A DNA stretch of 64,000 nucleotides from an uncultured Actinomycetes bacterium. GTDB taxonomy: Bacteria; Actinomycetota; UBA4738; HRBIN12. The stretch is from contig OY969934.1 of NCBI GenBank assembly GCA_963704725.1, forward strand, positions 128,001 to 192,000, in the 5' to 3' direction. Positions 22,854-28,879 of the stretch are shown in pieces. The position numbers and the translations under genes are program-made. The notes under the pieces are model-generated. The model was not told the DNA's origin. It ran no database searches and saw only the letters and a program-made list of their open reading frames with translations. Numbering within the stretch: the stretch's first letter is position 1; every line of letters starts with the position of its first letter.

Positions 22854-22875
22854 CGCTGAGAAGAGGAGGGCGGCC

Positions 22876-23049
22876 ATGGCCGAGGACACTGCAGAGGGCA
22901 AGAAGAAGCGAGGGTTCTTCGGCAGACTCATGCGGTTCGCGTTCATCGCGGCGATCGTCGGCGCGGTCGTCGCCGTGTTCAAACGCCGGCGCGGCAAGGA
23001 TCTCGAAGAGGACGAGTGGCAGGAGATCCCGCCACCAGCGGGCGGCTGA
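22876..23049 (+). CDS. 57-aa DLW-39-like small membrane protein (absent from the ORF track)
   Basis: GAGGAGG RBS; MAEDTAEGKKKRGFFGRLMRFAFIAAIVGAVVAVFKRRRGKDLEEDEWQEIPPPAGG; sits directly after tRNA-Ile. Confidence 0.75.
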   Translation: MAEDTAEGKKKRGFFGRLMRFAFIAAIVGAVVAVFKRRRGKDLEEDEWQEIPPPAGG

Positions 23050-23136
23050 CCGACTGAGTCTCCGGATCCACCCGAGGGCCCGTGGCGACACGGGCTCTCG
23101 GCATGTTCCGACCCGTCCGGCGTTAGGCTCGCGGCC

Positions 23137-23961
23137 GTGAGCAGCGAAGCCTGGGCGCTCGCCAACCGGGCCGCCGCCGTTGCCGGCGTGACCCTGCGTG
23201 CCCTGTCCTCCCTGGAGGACGCCGATCGCATCGCGGGCGTCCTCGTCGCGACGTGGGGGGAGGAGCAGGTCGTGCCCCGCGAGATGCTCCGTGCCCTCGC
23301 CGAGAGCGGGAACGAGCCGTACGGAGCGTTCGCCGGTGAGGAGCTCGTCGGGTACGTCCTGGGCTGGGCGGGGGTGGACCCGGGAGAAGGCGTCCACGTC
23401 CACTCGCACATGCTCGCGGCGCTCCCGGCGTGCCGGCACCGAGGCGTGGGGTACGCGCTGAAGCTCGCCCAGCGAGCCCAGGCCCTCGAGCGAGGGATCC
23501 GCACCGTTCGGTGGACCTTCGACCCGCTCGTGGCGCGCAACGCCTACTTCAACCTGAGCAAGCTGGGCGCCGTCGCGGATCGGCTGGAGCGGAGCTTCTA
23601 CGGAGAGATGACCGACTCGGTCAACCGCGGCGACCGAAGCGACCGGCTCGTCGTGCGCTGGGACCTGGAGCGGGAGCCGGGATCTCGGGCGACCGGCGCG
23701 CCGGGATTCCAGGACGCGATCTCGATCGGACGGGAAGGCCCGCATCGCTCGGATCCCTCGGTCGACGGTGCCGCTCGCGTCTTCGTGCAGATCCCTGAGG
23801 AATACCACGCCCTGCGCGAGGCGGACCCGTCGGCCGCGGGCCGCTGGCGGGACGTGGTGGCCGAAGCCCTCGAGGCGTGCTTCGGCGCCGGCCTGCACGC
23901 GACGGGATTCCGTCGCACCGAGGCCGTGAGCGGCTACCTCATGACCCGAGACGCGTCGTGA
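23137..23961 (+). CDS. GNAT-family acyltransferase (putative D-amino acid N-succinyltransferase)
   Basis: HSHML, GVGYALKLAQR, WTFDPL..RNAYFNL and DRL motifs; coupled to the OSBS/NSAR gene. Confidence 0.8.
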   Translation: MSSEAWALANRAAAVAGVTLRALSSLEDADRIAGVLVATWGEEQVVPREMLRALAESGNEPYGAFAGEELVGYVLGWAGVDPGEGVHVHSHMLAALPACRHRGVGYALKLAQRAQALERGIRTVRWTFDPLVARNAYFNLSKLGAVADRLERSFYGEMTDSVNRGDRSDRLVVRWDLEREPGSRATGAPGFQDAISIGREGPHRSDPSVDGAARVFVQIPEEYHALREADPSAAGRWRDVVAEALEACFGAGLHATGFRRTEAVSGYLMTRDAS

Positions 23962-25070
23962 CGAGAGTCCGGTCGGTCGAGCTGCGGTTGGTCGGCCTCC
24001 CGCTCGTCCGTCCCTTCCGGACGAGCTTCGGCGAGATGACGCGCAAGGAGTGCGTCCTCGCGCGCGTGGAGACCGACGCGGCGGTCGGCTGGGGCGAGTG
24101 CGTCGCCGGGGTCGAGCCGGACTTCTCCGGCGAATGGAACGAGGGAGCCTGGCTCGTGCTGCGCGACTTCCTGATCCCCGCCCTGTTCGGCGCGGGGGAC
24201 GTTTCGCCGCACGATCTGGGGCCGGCGTTCGCGTTCGTGCGAGGTCACCCGATGGCCAAGGCGACCCTCGTCGACGCCTTCCTCGACGCGGCGTTGCGGG
24301 CCGAGGGCCGTTCCCTCGCGACGTTCCTCGGCGCCGAACGGGAGCGCGTGACGTGCGGCGTGTCGGTGGGCATCGCGCCGACGACGGAGCGGCTGCTCGA
24401 GCAGGTGGGTGGCTACCTCGCCGAGGGCTATCGCCGGATCAAGCTGAAGATCGAGCCCGGCACCGACGTCGAGCGCGTCCGCGCCGTCCGCGAGGCCCAC
24501 CCCGGCATCGTGCTCTCGGTCGACGCGAACGCCGCGTACACGCTGGAGGACGTGAAGGTCTTCCGGGACCTCGACGAGCTCGACCTGCTCATGGTGGAGC
24601 AGCCGCTCCACCATGAGGATCTGGTGCAGCACGCGAAGTTGCAGTCCGAGATCGAGACCGCGGTGTGCCTCGATGAGTCGATCCGCTCGCCGGCCGACGC
24701 CGCCGCCGCGATCGAGCTGGGCGCCTGCCGGATCGTCAACGTGAAGCAGGGGAGGGTGGGCGGCGTGCTCGAGGCCAGGCGTGTGCACGATGTGTGTGCG
24801 TCGCAGGGGGTGCCGGTGTGGTGCGGGGGCATGCTGGAGACCGGGATCGGTCGCGCCACGAACGTGGCGCTCTCGGCCATGCCGGGCTTCACGCTGCCCG
24901 GGGACACCAGCGCGAGCGCGCGGTACTTCCCCGAGGACCTCACGACGCCGTTCGAGCTCTCGCCGGACGGGACGATGGCGGTGCCCGGCGGTCCGGGCAT
25001 CGGGGTGGATCCGATCCCGGAGCGTCTCGAGGCCTGCACCCTGCGGCTCGAGCGGTTGGAGAAAGAGTGA
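23958..25070 (+). CDS. menC: o-succinylbenzoate synthase / N-succinylamino acid racemase (enolase superfamily)
   Basis: PFRTSFG, KLKI, DAN, EQP, LDES and WCGGMLE motifs. Confidence 0.88.
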   Translation: MTRVRSVELRLVGLPLVRPFRTSFGEMTRKECVLARVETDAAVGWGECVAGVEPDFSGEWNEGAWLVLRDFLIPALFGAGDVSPHDLGPAFAFVRGHPMAKATLVDAFLDAALRAEGRSLATFLGAERERVTCGVSVGIAPTTERLLEQVGGYLAEGYRRIKLKIEPGTDVERVRAVREAHPGIVLSVDANAAYTLEDVKVFRDLDELDLLMVEQPLHHEDLVQHAKLQSEIETAVCLDESIRSPADAAAAIELGACRIVNVKQGRVGGVLEARRVHDVCASQGVPVWCGGMLETGIGRATNVALSAMPGFTLPGDTSASARYFPEDLTTPFELSPDGTMAVPGGPGIGVDPIPERLEACTLRLERLEKE

Positions 25071-25089
25071 CAAAAGCGCGGGGTCCGGC

Positions 25090-25164
25090 TTGACCGCGGC
25101 CGGCGCGAGCCCGTACTGTGCGCGATGAGAGACCGCTGCGACCCTCGGGTTGCGGCGGTTTCTC
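25090..25164 (+). promoter_or_regulatory. Sigma70-like promoter followed by a 17-bp RNA hairpin
   Basis: TTGACC 25090-25095, 18-nt spacer, TACTGT 25114-25119; hairpin 25127-25164 with three G-U pairs that form only on the + strand. Confidence 0.55.
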
Positions 25165-25266
25165 GCATCTGGGGTGCAATCCAACGGTTCCCGTCTCCGC
25201 GGCACATCCGGCGCCGAATGACCGCGTCGGCGTGCCCGGCCGTCCTAGACTGCGCAAGGCACGCGC

Positions 25267-25983
25267 GTGAACGATGAGGGGCGGTCCATGAGGAAACGGG
25301 TCATCCGGGCGGGCGAGATCGAGATCGAGGACTCGGAGGGCAGGGTCCGCGCCCGCTTCGGGGTGACGAACGAGGACCTCCCGTTCCTGTCGTTCTACGG
25401 AGCGGACGAGAAGCTCCGGGCCCGGTACGGCGTCCAGCCGGACGGCTCGGCCGGGCTCGCCATCGCCGACGAGGAGGGAAAGGTCCGAGCCACCTTCGGG
25501 CTCTTCTCGGACGGCTCGGCCAGCATGGCGATGGTGGACCGCAACGGGAAGGTGCGTGCCAAGTTCGGCCTGGGCTCCGAGGGCTCGCCGACGCTGGCGC
25601 TGCGGAACAAGGACGGTGAGCTCGGCTTCGTGTACTCGCTTGCCCAGCAAGGGTCTCCGACGATCTCGCTGCAGGACGAGGACGGGAAGGTGCGCGCCCG
25701 GCTCGGCCTGGCGGCGGAGGGATCTCCGATCCTGCGGCTCCTGAACAAGGACGGCGAGCTCCGCGCCATCATGGGGCTCACCGGCGACGGCGCACCGGTC
25801 CTGCAGTTCCTCGGCAAGGACGGGGACCCCACGTGGACCGCCCCGAGCTCGTTCGCGGGCCCGGCCTCCGACGAGGGACCCGCCGCCAAGACCGGACGAT
25901 CGTCGAGGAAGGATCCCGTCACCGAGGATGCCCCCGCCGCGTCACCAGCCCCGGCCGAGCCGGAGGCCTCGGAGGGGAGCTGA
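25267..25983 (+). CDS. Hypothetical protein with about seven 23-aa beta-type repeats
   Basis: Repeats of D/N-x-x-G-K-V-R-A-x-F/L-G-L-x-x-D/E-G-S-P-x-L; low-complexity C-terminal tail; start may be ATG 25288. Confidence 0.85.
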   Translation: MNDEGRSMRKRVIRAGEIEIEDSEGRVRARFGVTNEDLPFLSFYGADEKLRARYGVQPDGSAGLAIADEEGKVRATFGLFSDGSASMAMVDRNGKVRAKFGLGSEGSPTLALRNKDGELGFVYSLAQQGSPTISLQDEDGKVRARLGLAAEGSPILRLLNKDGELRAIMGLTGDGAPVLQFLGKDGDPTWTAPSSFAGPASDEGPAAKTGRSSRKDPVTEDAPAASPAPAEPEASEGS

Positions 25984-25989
25984 AGCCGC

Positions 25990-26499
25990 CTGACGGGGTG
26001 GTGGGTCGCGGCCTTCGTCGTGCAGTGGATCCTGCTCGCGGTGCTCACCGTCGTCGTGGTGGCGCTGGCGCGGCAGATCGGCGTGCTGCACCTGCGGCTG
26101 GACCCGCTGGGGGCGCTCGAGGTGGACGACGAGGGCCCCCCGATCGGTGAGGCGCCGCCCGAACGCACCTCGCGGACCCGCGACGGCACGCCGGTGCTCG
26201 TTGGGGGACCGGGGCCGATGCGGCTCCTGGCCTTCGTCTCCGAGACGTGCCCCATCTGCGAGCGTGTGCTGCCCTCGCTGCCCGCGGCCGCCGCCGCCGC
26301 CGGGCTGATCCCCCAGGTGGTGTCGGACCCCGAGCTCGAGGCGGTCTACCGGGTGCCGGGCGTGCCGTTCCTGGTCGTGTTGGACGAGCTCGGCGTGGTG
26401 CGCTCGAAGGGGACCGTCAACTCGCTCGAGCAGATCGAGGGCCTCGTCGACACAGCGCGGCGGCGCATCGACGACGACGCGCGGGTTCGGACCGGCTGA
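25990..26499 (+). CDS. MauD-like membrane-anchored thioredoxin-fold protein
   Basis: N-terminal TM, LARQIGVLHLRL, GP.IGE.AP, CPIC, VPGVPF cis-Pro and KGTVNSLEQIE motifs; start is CTG 25990 or GTG 26020. Confidence 0.85.
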   Translation: MTGWWVAAFVVQWILLAVLTVVVVALARQIGVLHLRLDPLGALEVDDEGPPIGEAPPERTSRTRDGTPVLVGGPGPMRLLAFVSETCPICERVLPSLPAAAAAAGLIPQVVSDPELEAVYRVPGVPFLVVLDELGVVRSKGTVNSLEQIEGLVDTARRRIDDDARVRTG

Positions 26500-27023
26500 T
26501 GGGAGCGGTGGCCCGTGCGGAGACCGAGCTCGCCCGCCGGACGAGCCGGCGATCGTTCCTGGGGAAGGTGGGACGCGCCGTCGTCGCGCTCGCCGGCGGG
26601 CCCATGGTCGCGGTAGCGCTGGCGCCGGAGCGGGCCGAGGCCAACCACATCTGCGGGCACACGTACACGACGGGCTCCTGTCCCCACCCGTACGCGCCGC
26701 TCTCGCGGACCGACGCCTACGGCTTCCCGATCCATCCGCACTTCGGCTACCCGGTCGACGACAACGGCTTCATCTACCTCTCCTCGCGACAGCCGCGCCG
26801 CAAGGTGTGCCAGACCGTGGTGCCCGAGCACTACCCGTTCGTCCATCACCCCCGATACGGCGGTGGATGGAGCCGATGCTGCAACGGCCGGGTCCGTCAC
26901 ATCCAGGACTGCTGCTCGTCATCGCGGACGCGGATCAACGGCGACGGCTCGGTCCGGGGGTACTGCGCCCGGAGCCTCCGCGTGTTCTGCATCACGTACC
27001 GTGAGCTGGACGTCCGGTGCTGA
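26499..27023 (+). CDS. Tat-exported Cys-rich protein resembling the methylamine dehydrogenase light chain (MauA-like)
   Basis: ATG overlaps the upstream stop (TGATG); SRRSFL twin-arginine motif, AEA cleavage site, 10 Cys, GWSRCC ... IQDCCS ... YC ... FC pattern. Confidence 0.8.
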   Translation: MGAVARAETELARRTSRRSFLGKVGRAVVALAGGPMVAVALAPERAEANHICGHTYTTGSCPHPYAPLSRTDAYGFPIHPHFGYPVDDNGFIYLSSRQPRRKVCQTVVPEHYPFVHHPRYGGGWSRCCNGRVRHIQDCCSSSRTRINGDGSVRGYCARSLRVFCITYRELDVRC

Positions 27024-28234
27024 GCGAGCCGCTCGTCGCGGCGGTGGTCGCCGCGTCGGTCGTCGCCGGGATCACGGCGCTGTTCGGCCCCTGAGGGCTC
27101 TCGATGGTGGAGACCATCACCCCCGTGGTGCACGGGGGCCGGCGGAGCAGGTGGGCGACGTTCCTCGCCCTGCACGTCGCCGGCGCCACGCTGGCGGCCG
27201 TGGCGTTCGGCGCCCTGCTCGGCGAGGCCGGCGCGCTGCTCGGCGCGCCGTGGGGGAGTGCGGGCGTCGCGCTCGTCGCCGGGTCGGCGGTCCTGTACCT
27301 GGCGCGGGAGACGGTCGGCCTGCGGATCCCGGTTCCCCAGCTCCGCCGCCAGGTCCCCGACTGGTGGCGGACGTTCTTCGGGTTCGGGCCGGCGTCCTTC
27401 CTCTACGGGCTCGGGCTCGGGGTGGGGTTCCTCACGTTCCTGTCCGGCGGCACGCTCGTGGTGGTGGTGGTGGCGGCCGTCGCCGGGGGCCGGCCGGCGC
27501 TCGGGGCGATGCTGATGGGGCCCTTCGGGCTGGCGCGGGGGATGACCGCGCTGGTCGCGATGCGCGCCCGGACGCCGGAGGGCGGCTCCGAGCTCGTCGG
27601 GCGGATCGCCCGGTCTGCGGGCCGTCCCGGATGGCGGGTGGTGCGCTCGGCGGCGCTCGCGGCCGTCGCCGTCGCCGGGCTCGCGGCCGGAGGTCGGCTC
27701 GAGGGCCGGCAGCTGGGAGCCGTTGCGGCGGCGGTCGTCGCCGTGGCGTTCGCCGCGGCCGGCGTGGCCAAGCTGGCGGATCTTCGCTCGTGGCGTCGGG
27801 GCCTCGGCGCGTACGTGCTCCCCCGCCCCGTGGAGCGCGCCGCCTCGGTCGTGGTCCCGGGCGCCGAGCTCGTGGTGGCGACACTGCCGTTCCTCGGACT
27901 GCGCTCGACGGCGGGGCTCGTCGCCCTCGTGGCCCTGGCGGCCTTTTCCGCGGCGACGGTTCGCGCCCGGATCCGGGGCGGCAGCCGGCTTGCGTGCGGC
28001 TGCTTCGGATCGGCGACGCCGCGCGACTACCGGCTCCTGCTCCTTCGCAACGCGCTCCTGGCCGTGGCGGCGATCTCGGCCTGGCGAGGCGGGGGGGATG
28101 CGCCGGTCGCCGCGCTCCGGATGCCGGCGGGATCGGAGCTCCTGCCGGCTGCCATCGTCGCGACCGGGCTGGGGCTCGCCGTGTGGGCCGGGGCGCAGAC
28201 CGCGATCGCCGTTCGGCGCGGGGCCCGGCAATGA
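27017..28234 (+). CDS. MauF/CcdA-like + MauE fusion membrane protein; candidate selenoprotein (in-frame UGA at codon 26)
   Basis: GTG at 27017 overlaps the upstream gene end and is in frame with ORF 27104; reads MLSEPLVAAVVAASVVAGITALFGP-TGA-GLSMVETITP; RRQVPDWW and LYGLGLG.GF.T motifs; C-terminal AKL...AEL...CGCFG...LRN MauE motifs. Confidence 0.78.
27095..27122 (+). promoter_or_regulatory. Putative bacterial SECIS element
   Basis: Perfect stem GATGGT (27103-27108) / ACCATC (27113-27118) with G-initiated loop GGAG, plus possible lower GGG/CCC pairing, directly 3' of the in-frame TGA. Confidence 0.6.
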
Positions 28235-28827
28235 AGCGGATCGCGCTCGCGGTCGCCGGGATGGCCGCCGTAGCCGTGGCGGCCCTCGCGCTTCCGGCCG
28301 GGGCGACACACACGAACCAGACGGACCCGAACGATACGCCCGGCCGCCTCGACGTTCGCGGGGTCGTGCTGGCTCACGACGAGACGCCGCGGTGGCGCAT
28401 CTCCACGTTCGCCTCGTGGACGACGCGGCAGCTCTGGGACGCGGGCGGGCTCGTCGTCGAGCTCGACACGACGGGCGAGGCCGGGATCGACCACCTCATT
28501 GTCGTCCGATCGGACGGCCGGAAGCTCGTCGCCACCCTCTTCCGGGTTCGGGCCGACGGCTCCGAGCGCCGGGTCGCCAACCTGCACGCCGCCAAGGACG
28601 GCCGGGCGGGGGTCGCGGTCTCGGTCGCGCTGCACCGGCTGACGATCGGCTCCGAGCGAACCTCGTACTTCTGGTCGGTGCTCTCGATGTTCACGGGCGC
28701 GGCGTGTCCCCAGACCTGCCTCGACCACGTGCCCGACGAGGGCATGATCGAGCAGCCGCTGCCCGGGATCACGCCGTCGCCCACACCCACGACGACACCG
28801 AGCCCGACGCCCGGTCTCGGCGGTTGA
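28231..28827 (+). CDS. Secreted hypothetical protein with a Pro/Thr-rich tail
   Basis: MKRIALAVAG...AGA Sec-pathway signal peptide; ATGA overlap with the upstream gene; CPQTC pair; PSPTPTTTPSPTP tail. Confidence 0.8.
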   Translation: MKRIALAVAGMAAVAVAALALPAGATHTNQTDPNDTPGRLDVRGVVLAHDETPRWRISTFASWTTRQLWDAGGLVVELDTTGEAGIDHLIVVRSDGRKLVATLFRVRADGSERRVANLHAAKDGRAGVAVSVALHRLTIGSERTSYFWSVLSMFTGAACPQTCLDHVPDEGMIEQPLPGITPSPTPTTTPSPTPGLGG

Positions 28828-28879
28828 GGGGTCGGTCGCCCGCTTCCCAACCCTCCGGGGGCCGTGGGAGTATCCGTCC

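Noticed and set aside
25981-25983. A second selenocysteine codon
   Set aside because: The context is a low-complexity tail (SEGS-stop-SRL) with no redox motif, and the downstream hairpin is weak for such GC-rich DNA. Kept only as a minor alternative
26499-27023. Calling this a genuine methylamine dehydrogenase (mauA)
   Set aside because: It has only one Trp and there is no mauB or mauG nearby, so no gene symbol was assigned
27104-28234. ORF-track start at ATG 27104 for the MauF/MauE protein
   Set aside because: It has no RBS, the ATG is buried in a hairpin, it leaves an 80-nt gap in an otherwise overlapping operon, and it drops TM1 with the P-U-G motif. The 27017 start fits better, though it is unproven
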